A stretch of 64,000 nt of DNA, taken from NCBI GenBank assembly GCA_963765765.1, contig CAVXYC010000020.1, forward strand, positions 384,001-448,000. The letters are read 5' to 3'. The notes under the pieces were generated by a model that was not told where the DNA came from, searched no databases, and saw only the letters and a list, made by a program, of their open reading frames with translations. Source of the stretch: an uncultured Chloroflexia bacterium (GTDB taxonomy: Bacteria > Chloroflexota > UBA6077 > JACCZL01). The position numbers and the translations under genes are program-made. Within the stretch, counting starts at the first letter, position 1; every line of letters begins with the position of its first letter. This document shows positions 54,949-64,000 of this stretch, in pieces.

Positions 54949-55699
54949 GGGTGACCGCCCGAGCGGGTGTGCGAGGCAGACCGGGTGCTCCCAGCCAGCT
55001 TTTTATTCGGTACAGCCATACAAGTCTGATCATTTCTATTCCAAGCACAAAGGCCTTCATACGGTCGCCGGTCACGGAGGACTCGCCGACTCGTGGCAGG
55101 TAATTCACGGGGATTTGAACGACACGATGCCCCTGGAGAACACTTACCAGCATCATCTCAGGGCCAAAGTGACTCCCACCAATGGTGAAGTAGGGCTCCA
55201 TTTGCTGGTAAGCGTCTCGTCGAACGAGGCGCATGGTGCAGCCGACATCCGTCAGGTTTGTAGTATTGAAAAGAAGCTCCATCATTTTGGCCACGGCCCA
55301 ATTTCCCCATCGTAGAAACAGGCCCATGTTTGCCCCATGCCAGATGAACATGCGCGCCGTGCGGCTGCCGTAGACCACATCGAAATCATCCGAGTAAGCC
55401 AACAGCTTCAGCACATCGCGTGCGAGAAAGGTCCCGTCCGGCTCCGCCAGAATGAGATACTCGCCAGTGGCATCCTTGAGGCCGCGTTGAATAGCACAAC
55501 CGTAGCCCTGGCGTGGCTCGTGAATCTCCCGGGCGGATGTTTGGGCAACCTCTTCCGAGGTCCCTGGGGCGGCATTGTTATTGACGACGAGGATCTCGTC
55601 AACAATGCCCAACGCCTCAAATCCTTCGATACACGCGCGGATCGAGTCCTTCTCGTTATACGTCGGAAGGATGACGGAAATCGTACTGCCGTGCCACAC
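54941..55699 (-). CDS. GT2 glycosyltransferase (polyprenol-phosphate sugar synthase-like)
   Basis: VILPTYNE, QGYG, EPD, GSR, TDVGC and PR.GES motifs. Confidence 0.9.
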   Translation of the reverse strand: MWHGSTISVILPTYNEKDSIRACIEGFEALGIVDEILVVNNNAAPGTSEEVAQTSAREIHEPRQGYGCAIQRGLKDATGEYLILAEPDGTFLARDVLKLLAYSDDFDVVYGSRTARMFIWHGANMGLFLRWGNWAVAKMMELLFNTTNLTDVGCTMRLVRRDAYQQMEPYFTIGGSHFGPEMMLVSVLQGHRVVQIPVNYLPRVGESSVTGDRMKAFVLGIEMIRLVWLYRIKSWLGAPGLPRTPARAVTRG

Positions 55700-55823
55700 G
55701 CGGCATTCTATGCACCCGACGAAAGGCGAGTCAACGAACGGAGCGCCGTAAGTGGGATGACGTCAGCAGTGTCTGAGGTGTCCGGTGGGGCTTTTTAGGT
55801 GTGTTATCCTTCAGGTCTGAATC

Positions 55824-56291
55824 ATGAGCCCAAGACAGGGTCGACCCCGCTTCCATCGCCCCGGACCGCGCCGCAAATGCGTCCTCATCGTTGAAGACAA
55901 CGCAAGTATTGGCGGTCTCATCGCGGGGTTATTGCGCGAAGAAGGCTATCGTGCTCTTCGAGCCTGGGACGGTCGCGAGGCTCTTCGGCTGGCGCGCGAC
56001 CGCCGCCCCGATCTCATCATGCTGGACCTCGACTTGCCCCACAAAGACGGCGTCGAGGTGCTCTATGAGCTCAAGCAGCACAAGGAGACTCGCCAGGCTC
56101 CCATCGTCGTCGTCTCCGGCAACACGATCGTGCTTTCTAATGAGGATCGCGAACAGCTCGCGGACGCTATCACGAAGCCCTTCGATATTGACGTGCTGCT
56201 CAACGTGGTACGCAAGGCTGTCGGTGATCCGGAGCAAGAAGTGATGGCCAAGGAATACGATCTAACAGACTCCCACCTGAACAGCTATTAG
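55824..56291 (+). CDS. Single-domain response regulator
   Basis: LIVED, LDLDLP.KDG and KPF motifs. Confidence 0.92.
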   Translation: MSPRQGRPRFHRPGPRRKCVLIVEDNASIGGLIAGLLREEGYRALRAWDGREALRLARDRRPDLIMLDLDLPHKDGVEVLYELKQHKETRQAPIVVVSGNTIVLSNEDREQLADAITKPFDIDVLLNVVRKAVGDPEQEVMAKEYDLTDSHLNSY

Positions 56292-56299
56292 AGGTGTCC

Positions 56300-56376
56300 G
56301 GTGGGACAGACGTCTCGACTGTCCATAGACTCACGGATTCGATCGGGGACGGGACAATCGAGACGTCTGTCCCACC
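56300..56376. repeat. GTGG-type REP doublet
   Basis: ggtgggacagacgtctcgactgtcc pairs with ggacaatcgagacgtctgtcccacc. Confidence 0.88.
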
Positions 56377-56495
56377 GATTCACGGGCGATCTCTAGTCCT
56401 TAACTAACCGCATTGGGCGTTTCTGCCTGTCCAGTGAATGGCTCCGAGTTACAAGGACTGTACAGGCATCGACACCACTCCCTGTCGCACACCAA

Positions 56496-56537
56496 AAGCA
56501 AAGAGCCGAATCGCTGACGCGATTCGGCTCTTTGCTT
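56496..56537. terminator. 19-bp perfect hairpin, likely bidirectional terminator
   Basis: aagcaaagagccgaatcgc-tgac-gcgattcggctctttgctt. Confidence 0.7.
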
Positions 56538-56539
56538 GA

Positions 56540-56854
56540 ATGGCTTTTCTAGATCTACGGCTTCGGCAAAGGCGCCCGAGCCCGAACGTCCATCCGCGTG
56601 GCAAGAGCCGTGGTATCAGCCTCCAGATCAGCGCCCACTTCTTCGAGCCCGACAACAATGCCCACGAGAGTCGAACGCTGGAAGGGCACGATATGCATCG
56701 TGAGGCCGTTGTCATCTTCACCGTAACCTCAGACGGCCCTCTCACCCAGGGTGAGGATCTCGTTTTACTCAGTGCTTGGAAACTTCTCAGGGAGCGTATC
56801 GAGGAACGCGCCGCCAACCTGGTGCGCCATTCTTCGGTAGAGCGGAGTAAATGA
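56540..56854 (+). CDS. Possible hypothetical protein or remnant
   Basis: C-terminal half has protein-like composition; no RBS seen. Confidence 0.3.
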   Translation: MAFLDLRLRQRRPSPNVHPRGKSRGISLQISAHFFEPDNNAHESRTLEGHDMHREAVVIFTVTSDGPLTQGEDLVLLSAWKLLRERIEERAANLVRHSSVERSK

Positions 56855-57184
56855 TCTGCTGAATCACTGCCCGCCCATTGCGTATAGACGAATTGCATTG
56901 AGGAGCACGGGATTGGCCGTCAATTGGACGGAGTCCGCCATTCGCTGATATCCGCGTGGCATCTCGGCAAGGTCGTTCGCATCGGTTGGCAAGGCGATGA
57001 CGCTGGATGGCCCGAGCAGAAGAGAAACCACTATAAAAGACTTCAACTAAAAGTCGCAGGCATACACATTCCCGATATTGTGCGATAGCCAATTCAGGGG
57101 TGCGGCGCGGCGCGAGTATCGGAGGGAGCCGAACGGGTCAATCTAACGGATCAGATGTGCTCAGCCGTTCAGCAGTGACCAAAA

Positions 57185-57212
57185 CTTTCGTATAAGGCGC
57201 GTATGCGCTAGT
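57185..57212. other. dif-like (Xer) site candidate
   Basis: CTTTCGTATAA-GGCGCG-TATGCGCTAGT, one T short of the ATAA-N6-TTAT layout. Confidence 0.35.
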
Positions 57213-57565
57213 GAGCGACTGGCGCAGCGGATCCATTTCGAAGCATCAGACGCGCAAGTCGCACGGCATCATCCGGAGATTCTACATGCCTGTCCCCGAT
57301 AATTGATGTTGTCTACGAAGTTGCGGGGAGCAAACTCAGAGCTGAAGACGCGAGCGCGTGCATCGAGCCGCCATGGCGGCGTTTACCCGAGAACCTAATC
57401 CGTGGGTACCCGAAATCCCCAGGCGGCGCGGTGTGGTGCTCCGACGCAGCCGAACCGCGTTCCGGACGTTGTTCCCCGTTTCGAGCCCCGTAAACATGGC
57501 GCGCGGGACCTCGACCGACCCAGGTGAACGCTCGCTACGGGGCCGGCCATAGCCCGGTTGGGTGG

Positions 57566-57593
57566 TTGACAGGGATGGGCCGCGGCCTAGACT
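57566..57593 (+). promoter_or_regulatory. Sigma70-type promoter of the oxidase/peroxidase genes
   Basis: TTGACA-16 bp-TAGACT, about 145 nt upstream of ATG 57738. Confidence 0.6.
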
Positions 57594-57737
57594 AGGCGTA
57601 TCGTCGGACGAGTCGAGCCCCGGCCGCAGCAGTCCGAATCTTGGACGCGAACCGCGGGCGGAACGCGAGCGTCTCGGCGGCCCGAGGCCGAGCGGCCACT
57701 TGAGCTGCCCGCCCTCATCGGTACTAGGAGGTGCTCG

Positions 57738-59105
57738 ATGGGATTCTGGGAAGTCCTCCCCGAAGATTCCGAGGTAGCCGCGGTCCACGCGGCGCTCCTG
57801 CCGACTGGCGACGTTGCCTACGTCTCGGGCAACACTGGCCAGGACATTCCGGCCGACACGCGCATCTGGAGCCCGGCCATGCGTGAGGTGCGCACGGCGC
57901 CCAATGCCCCGGAGACAGACCTCTTCTGCAGCGGCCTCACCCCATTGCTCGACGGACGACTCCTCGTGGTGGGCGGCACGACGCTGTACCCCACGGACGA
58001 GAGCCCGACGTTTACCGGCAGCCACGCGTCCTACGTGCTCTATCCGTTCGATGGCTGGGAGCGCATGCCGGACATGGCCTTCGGCCGCTGGTATCCGTCC
58101 GCCATCATGCTGCCGGACGGCCGCGTGCTGGTCGTCTCCGGCCTGGGGGACGACGGCGGGATCGTTCCCAATGTCGAAATCTTCAACCCGTTCTCGGTGG
58201 AATGGGAGATCCTTCCGGGCGGTGCCGATCGATTCCTGCCGCTCTACCCACGTCTGCACCTGCTGCCGAACGGCGAGGTGGCCTGTGCCGGCAACGGTGC
58301 CGACTCCGCGATTCTCAACCTGGACGCGATGGAGTGGCGCGACATCGGCGGACACAGCGAGGCGGCCCATCGCCACGATGATCTGTGCGTGCTGCTGGAG
58401 CTCGACGGAGGGGTGCGTTTGCTGCACACCGGCGGGGCGATGGACGATGAGCCGGGCCACCCCGGGGCGGCTGACGCGCGGATGCTCGACCTGAATGATC
58501 CCGATCCGGCGTGGCGCGAGATCGCGCCCATGCATCACCCGCGCTGGTTCCCCAATTCCGTCCTGCTACCGGACGGTCGGTTGTTCGTGTGCGGCGGCGG
58601 TCGCTTCGAGAATTTCGACCCGGTGCTCGAGTCGGAGATCTTTGACCCGGCCACGGAGTCCTGGACGCAGGACGCGTCCATGGAGGTGGGGCGGCTGTAC
58701 CATTCCACGGCGCTGCTCCTGCCGGACGGCCGCGTCTGGATGGCCGGGACCGACGGCGAGACCCGCATGGAGGTGTACACCCCCGATTACCTGCTCATCG
58801 GCGATCGCCCGGTCATCTACGCCGCGCCCGAGACCATCACCTACAACCAGGTGTTCAGTATCCCGATGAGCGGCGCCGAAGATGTGTCGCGCGCCGTGTT
58901 CATCCGGCTGTCCGCAGTCACGCACGCCTGGAACATGGGCCAGCGCTCGATCCCGATGGCATTCGGGGCGTTGGGTCCGGAAGAGCTCGAGATCGTGGCG
59001 CCGCCGGACATGATGACTGCGCCACCGGGCCACTACATGCTGTTCGTTGTCAACGGCGCCGGCATCCCCGCGGTCGCGCCGATCGTCCAGATCATCGCCG
59101 TATGA
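57738..59105 (+). CDS. Copper-radical oxidase (galactose/glyoxal oxidase, AA5-like; kelch + DUF1929)
   Basis: DLFCSG, RWYP, RLYHS, VTHAWN and APPGHYMLF motifs; AGGAGGT RBS; no signal peptide. Confidence 0.9.
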   Translation: MGFWEVLPEDSEVAAVHAALLPTGDVAYVSGNTGQDIPADTRIWSPAMREVRTAPNAPETDLFCSGLTPLLDGRLLVVGGTTLYPTDESPTFTGSHASYVLYPFDGWERMPDMAFGRWYPSAIMLPDGRVLVVSGLGDDGGIVPNVEIFNPFSVEWEILPGGADRFLPLYPRLHLLPNGEVACAGNGADSAILNLDAMEWRDIGGHSEAAHRHDDLCVLLELDGGVRLLHTGGAMDDEPGHPGAADARMLDLNDPDPAWREIAPMHHPRWFPNSVLLPDGRLFVCGGGRFENFDPVLESEIFDPATESWTQDASMEVGRLYHSTALLLPDGRVWMAGTDGETRMEVYTPDYLLIGDRPVIYAAPETITYNQVFSIPMSGAEDVSRAVFIRLSAVTHAWNMGQRSIPMAFGALGPEELEIVAPPDMMTAPPGHYMLFVVNGAGIPAVAPIVQIIAV

Positions 59106-59219
59106 ATCGTCCGCCGCACGTGGGGAACGGCGCTCCGCATCCTCTTCAAATCCGTCGTGGGCACACCACGGCTCCGATGCGGTCCGATCATAGTGACCGC
59201 GCCAGGAAGGACTCGAAAT

Positions 59220-60942
59220 ATGCCCGATGACGCGCCACCATTCATTCACGGCCTCACGGTGCGTTCCGGAGAGGACACGCCTCGGGGGCCTTTCGCGCCG
59301 ACGGGCAAATTCGGGCGTATGTATCCCGAGCTCCTGGCGTTCGAGCCACCTGACGAGGACCTGGAGGCCCTGGGCGACGCGATGTCCGAGCCACCCGTGG
59401 CGGTCGATGGGGTCGATGATCCGACCGGCGACAACGACGGAGTCCCGGTCGGCTTCACCTATCTCGGTCAGTTCATCGATCACGACATCACCTTCGATAC
59501 GACCTCGCTGAAAGAGACGCTAGTGGACCCACTGGCGCTCCACAATTTCCGCTCGCCGGCGCTGGACCTGGACTGCCTCTACGGCGGCGGCCCCGCCGTG
59601 CAGCCCTACCTCTACCGACGCCGACCCGACGACCCGGACCTTTTCGAGGTGGGGCGAACCGTCCCGGGCAAGAGCGCGGGCGATCCGGAGCTCGCCGGGC
59701 AAACCGGCCTTCCCAAACGATCTGCCGCGCGCGGCCAGCGGGCTGGCGGTCATCGGCGACCCGCGCAATGACGAGAACCTCGTGGTTGCCCAGCTTCACC
59801 TGGCTTTCCTCAAGTTCCACAACGAGGTGGTGGCACAGATCAAGGCGGGGACCATCGAGCCGCAGTCCCCAATACGAAAGTCGCCGTTCGAGGAAGCACG
59901 CGACCTGGTGGTCTGGCACTACCAGTGGATCGTCCTGCACGATTTCCTCGGCCGGATCCTGGACCCGGCGCAGCTCGATCACGTGCTGGAGCACGGATCG
60001 AGCGTGTTCCGCGATGCCGTCGACCCCTTCATGCCAGTCGAGTTCTCCGTGGCCGCGTACCGCCTGGGTCACAGCATGGTCCGTGGAATCTATGACTTCA
60101 ATCGCGTCTTTCGACCAGGGGGCGTTTTCCCGGCCACGCTCGAGCTCCTCTTTACGTTCTCCGGTCGCTCATCGGTGCGCGGCTCGTCCGAGCCGAGCGA
60201 CGATCCTGTGCCGATCCCGAGCGACTGGATCATCGATTGGCGGCGTTTCTTCGAGATCGACCCGACGGTCACGCCGGGACTCAGCCGCAAACTGAATCCG
60301 TTCCTGGCCGACCCGCTCGGCAACCTCCCGAATGTGCCGCCTCCCAGCAGCCTCGCGGTGCGGAATCTCCTACGCGGGAAGCGCCTGGGCCTGCCGCCCG
60401 GGCAGAGCGTGGCCCGGCACCTCGGATTCGAGCCGCTCTCTCCCGATCAGATCGCCACGGGCTCGGATGGGCAAGTGGCTGCCGCGCACAATCTCCATGT
60501 GGAGTCACCGCTCTGGTACTACATCCTCAAGGAAGCCGAGATCCAGGGTGCCGGCGCACGACTCGGGCAGGTCGGCAGCCGCATCGTCGCGGAAGTGCTT
60601 GTCGGCCTTCTCCAGAAGGATCCGCACTCGTACCTCGTGCGCCGACCGAACTGGGCGCCCAGCCTGCCATCCGAGACGGCGGGCGACTTCACCATGGCGG
60701 ATCTGCTGCGCCTGGTTGGGGAGCTCAACCCGATCGCCGACTCCGCCGCGGACATTGCCGACCGCACGTTCGCGGAGCTCCGTCAGGAGAACCCCAACAT
60801 CGGCGACCAGCTCGCCGAGTGGCGTGACCTGCGGCGACAACGCGGCGAGGATCGCAACGACTACCGAGCGTTCCGACGCCACCTTCTTGCCATCGGCGCG
60901 CCGGACCCCGGCGAGCAGGAGTTTGTCGGGTTCAGGAGTTAG
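59220..60942 (+). CDS. Heme peroxidase, peroxidase-cyclooxygenase superfamily (frameshift near 59716)
   Basis: GQFIDHD, NDLPR..IGDPRNDEN (across the shift), AAYRLGHS, LWYYIL.EA and LGQVGSRIVAE motifs. Confidence 0.9.
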
Positions 60943-61284
60943 AAGGGCAAGCGCGCGACCACGCACACTGGATGGTCCGGGATCTCCCAGGTGGGCGGGA
61001 GGACGTCGCTGGAGAGGCTCGCGCGGACCTTACGTCGATATTAACCTTGAAGTGCACGAGCGATCGCGGATGCGATCCGGGCGAGGCCTGCGGTGCTCGC
61101 ATCAGGAGATCTGACAGTCGAACACGACGTCCACACGACGTGCGGGCGCTGAATATCAGCGTGAACGACCACGAACGCGACCATGCCAATCCGAAGCGCC
61201 GTCAAATGCAATGTCTGTAAAGCTATCGACATAGCCGACGAAGACGATAGGCGATCGGTACACGCGGTGAGTCTCAATCCCGCT

Positions 61285-61675
61285 GGTATCGCAGACCCTC
61301 TGGAAAGGCACTCCGGTCGTGGCCGCGCGCGTGGGCGGTATCGCGCTCCAGCTGCACGACGGTGTGGGCGCCTTTCTGGTGGACTCCGTTGAAGAGTGCG
61401 CTGAGCGCACGCTCTGGCTGCTCCAACACCCGAGTCGAAGCACGGCGCTGGCCGCACGGGGGCGAAAAACGGTGCGCGAACGCTTCCTCCTGACCCGGCT
61501 CATCGCCGACGAGCTGCGGCCCTATGGAGCTCTACTCGGATCAATTCCAACCCCCGTCGAGCAGAGCTTCGCGCCGCGCCGCGTTCGAGCAGATTCAACC
61601 ACTGCAGCCGCGTCACCAGCGGCCCGCGCTTCGGCGAGCCGTGTGACCCCGCCCCACGGACCGGCTGATTGCTGA
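61285..61675 (+). pseudogene. C-terminal remnant of a GT4 glycosyltransferase (TreT-like)
   Basis: [23 protein letters not shown]...[12 protein letters not shown]...[15 protein letters not shown]; no 5' part. Confidence 0.75.
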
Positions 61676-61738
61676 CTCGCGGAAGCTGCGCCACGGGCCT
61701 TCCCATACCAGTTAACGTTGTGACACACTGGGGCTCCC

Positions 61739-61942
61739 ATGCCGACACCGTTGCATGAGCGCCGCGAATTCCGCGAACTCTTCCTCGCGCGCATCGAGCG
61801 GCTGCTCGCCCTCAAGCGCGCGCAGCCGGCGATGGACATCGAGACGCAGCGGCTGATTGCGTGGGCGTTGATTTCCGCCTACCGGGATTGTGTGCGGCTT
61901 GGCGTCGGATCTGTGGCGGAGGCGGAGCTGCGCGACTGGTAG
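61739..61942 (+). CDS. Small hypothetical protein
   Basis: 67-aa helical ORF ending AYRDCVRLGVG..AE..L. Confidence 0.55.
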   Translation: MPTPLHERREFRELFLARIERLLALKRAQPAMDIETQRLIAWALISAYRDCVRLGVGSVAEAELRDW

Positions 61943-62189
61943 CGGAACCTTCGCGCTCTGCGGCACACACCTGGAAGGCGGTTCGAACGATCTCTGCCGG
62001 ACAATGCCACCCTGGCCGTTCCACCGGCCACCACGGTGATCGGAGCGGAGACCAAGTGCCTCAACCACTGCAAGACCGTGTCACCGGCGCGCCGCGTTGG
62101 TCCTGCTCGAACTCACCGCAAGCGCTGGCATGCGGTCTGCTGGATGGGCGTGCAGGGTCAGGCGATGTAGCCTGCCCGGGAGGTTGTTC

Positions 62190-62486
62190 ATGCTCTGGCA
62201 ATGCGAGTTCACGTGGTATTCCCATACCACTCGGCACCAGGTCGCGGAGCGGATCATCCAACAGCACGACGCGGGGCTCAACCACCCGGAACGCATCCGC
62301 GGCTGGTACAACCTGGCCGGTGGGGGCGCGGGATACTTGCTGATCGAAACCGACGATCCGCGCGAGCTGACCGCCTTTCTACAGCCGTATATGGATCTGG
62401 TGAGCTTTGACGTGCGGGCCGTGTACGAGCTGAACTATGACGAGCAGATCGACGAGCTGCGAAGGGTAGTGCAGGAGGGCAGTTAG
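62190..62486 (+). CDS. DUF3303-like protein
   Basis: GWY...GG.GY.LIETDDP..L...LQPY.DLV.FDV..V pattern; GGGAGG RBS. Confidence 0.75.
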   Translation: MLWQCEFTWYSHTTRHQVAERIIQQHDAGLNHPERIRGWYNLAGGGAGYLLIETDDPRELTAFLQPYMDLVSFDVRAVYELNYDEQIDELRRVVQEGS

Positions 62487-63188
62487 CTCGCCGTTCCGAG
62501 GCGCCCAGGTCGAAACAGCGCCCGCTTGACAGGCCCCGTCCCCGCCAGCGCTAGTCTGAAGGCACGAACGCAAGCTGACGAGGACGAATGGATGCCCGGC
62601 ATTGGCTCATCGACGACTCGTGCACGCCATGGCGATCGGCCTCGCCATACTCCAGCTCGCGCCCGGCCTCGCCGAGGACCAGGCGCCCACGGCATCGACA
62701 ACCTGGTTCGCGAAGGCGTAGTTGGGCAATCCCAACGCCGACCGCGCGGATAGAGATCACGTAAAGGCCCGTCGCTGGCAGTGATAGGGGCCACTGTGAT
62801 TAGGCCCGTCCGGGCATTCGACTGTGACCTCAGACTATCGGGCCCGGACGACTCATCGACTCTCCGGTGGTGCGGAATCCGTCCCGGTCGCATCTCGCGA
62901 CGGTGCGCGCCGCGGCCGCTGGAGTTGCCGCACACGCGAGGCTTGAACTGCGTCGCCTGACTGTTGGGCAGGTCTGATCTCCGCATGATTGCAGGTGACA
63001 TTTCATCCTCGCGTGGGCGCGGGCCTGACATCCACTAGCAACCCTAGCAGGTGCCGTAGAACGCCCACCACGTGGCCGAGCGCTCGCCATTGCCTGCACG
63101 ATCGGCATGTCCATGGCGGCGTTTCGGTTCGACCGACCCAATTTCTTGTCAATACGTTTCACTAATTACGATGAGTGACAGAGTTACG

Positions 63189-63461
63189 ATGCACGACATT
63201 GTGTGGCCGGAAGCGGAGCGCGATATCGATCCCGACGGACGGGTCCGGGCAGCAGCAGCCAGAGACGATGAGCTGATGCACCCGCCCGTGTCATGTCGGG
63301 CCCTAGAGGCTACTTCTCGTCGCGGTGCGCGCGTAATGAATCCCCGCCGCCAACCGCCACCGGTCATCCCTGACGGTCTCTGTATCCCATGCTTCGCTGA
63401 ACTCATCGCGTGCGGACGCTACACGCTGGGGGATCCCAGCCCGGAACCAGCGACTCCCTGA
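63189..63461 (+). CDS. Small hypothetical protein
   Basis: 90-aa ORF with GLCIPC; AT-rich sequence upstream. Confidence 0.35.
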   Translation: MHDIVWPEAERDIDPDGRVRAAAARDDELMHPPVSCRALEATSRRGARVMNPRRQPPPVIPDGLCIPCFAELIACGRYTLGDPSPEPATP

Positions 63462-63671
63462 CCCATCGATGTCGTGCGCGCGTGAATCAGTGCAACCAGG
63501 CGGTGCTCAGGCCCGCAGTTTACCCAGCAGGACGTACCCATTATCGATGCTCGAGCCGGCCCTGCATCGACCCTCAGTTGCCCCAGCCTCGAATACGTCG
63601 GACCTAACGGCACGGTATCTGAGACCTCGATGGTGATCTGGCAATCCCTGCAGGCGTGAGACAGAGCGTCT

Positions 63672-64000
63672 CTATCGGGGGGCGAGTGCCCGCGCCCATA
63701 CGGACCACTCATCAGGGCGGACTCGTCCGAGCAACATAGGCGCCCCGTGCTCCATTCGAAACACCGCCGCGCCACCCTCCTCGGGCAGATCGACATCCGC
63801 AGCCAGGCGGATGTTCGGCGAGTGCGCGACCAGGAAGGTGCTCGTCCCTGCTTGCGGTGGTCGCGCCAGGATGAGCTTGAACGTCTCGGTGTTCTGAGTC
63901 CGTTGCTGCTCCGTGAGCGGGTCCGGCAGAGCCATGCTGGATTCCACTTCGGGGTCAATATTGAACAGGAGCCGCGCGTATTCACGAGCGCGGCAATATC
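63672..64000 (-). CDS. Histidine phosphatase family protein, 3' part (runs off window)
   Basis: YCRARE at the window edge, LVAH and LLGRVRP.EW. Confidence 0.75.
   Translation of the reverse strand, partial: YCRAREYARLLFNIDPEVESSMALPDPLTEQQRTQNTETFKLILARPPQAGTSTFLVAHSPNIRLAADVDLPEEGGAAVFRMEHGAPMLLGRVRPDEWSVWARALAPR

Noticed and set aside
57100-57140. Group II intron 5' end (gtgcggcg...)
   Set aside because: No domain V and no reverse transcriptase ORF nearby.
62526-62557. TTGACA...TAGTCT promoter
   Set aside because: The 20-bp spacer is too long and no convincing gene follows.

Overview
GC-rich bacterial chromosomal window. A Chloroflexota origin is inferred from the gene repertoire only and is not proven. 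Many single-base frameshifts sit in otherwise intact housekeeping genes, which suggests an uncorrected long-read assembly. Layout: (1) 1-8.4 kb holds metabolic genes (flavin monooxygenase/reductase, ADH, msrPQ, glpK). (2) 8.46-23.28 kb is an integrase-less accessory island downstream of an intact tRNA-Arg(TCT). It is punctuated by four same-strand tRNA 3'-half fragments with shared flanking motifs, and also carries an ISAs1 element, a solitary integron attC site and several pseudogenes. (3) 23.4-56.3 kb holds core genes: a propionyl-CoA/B12 methylmalonyl-CoA operon, uvrBA, miaB, dtd and a GT2/methyltransferase/GT-C cluster. Its intergenic spaces carry several unrelated REP-like palindrome families. 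(4) 56.4-64 kb is a second accessory region with dif-like sites and a copper-radical oxidase plus heme peroxidase gene pair lacking export signals. The strongest leads are the tRNA-fragment-delimited island architecture and the oxidase/peroxidase pair. All family assignments come from motif recognition by eye; no searches were run.
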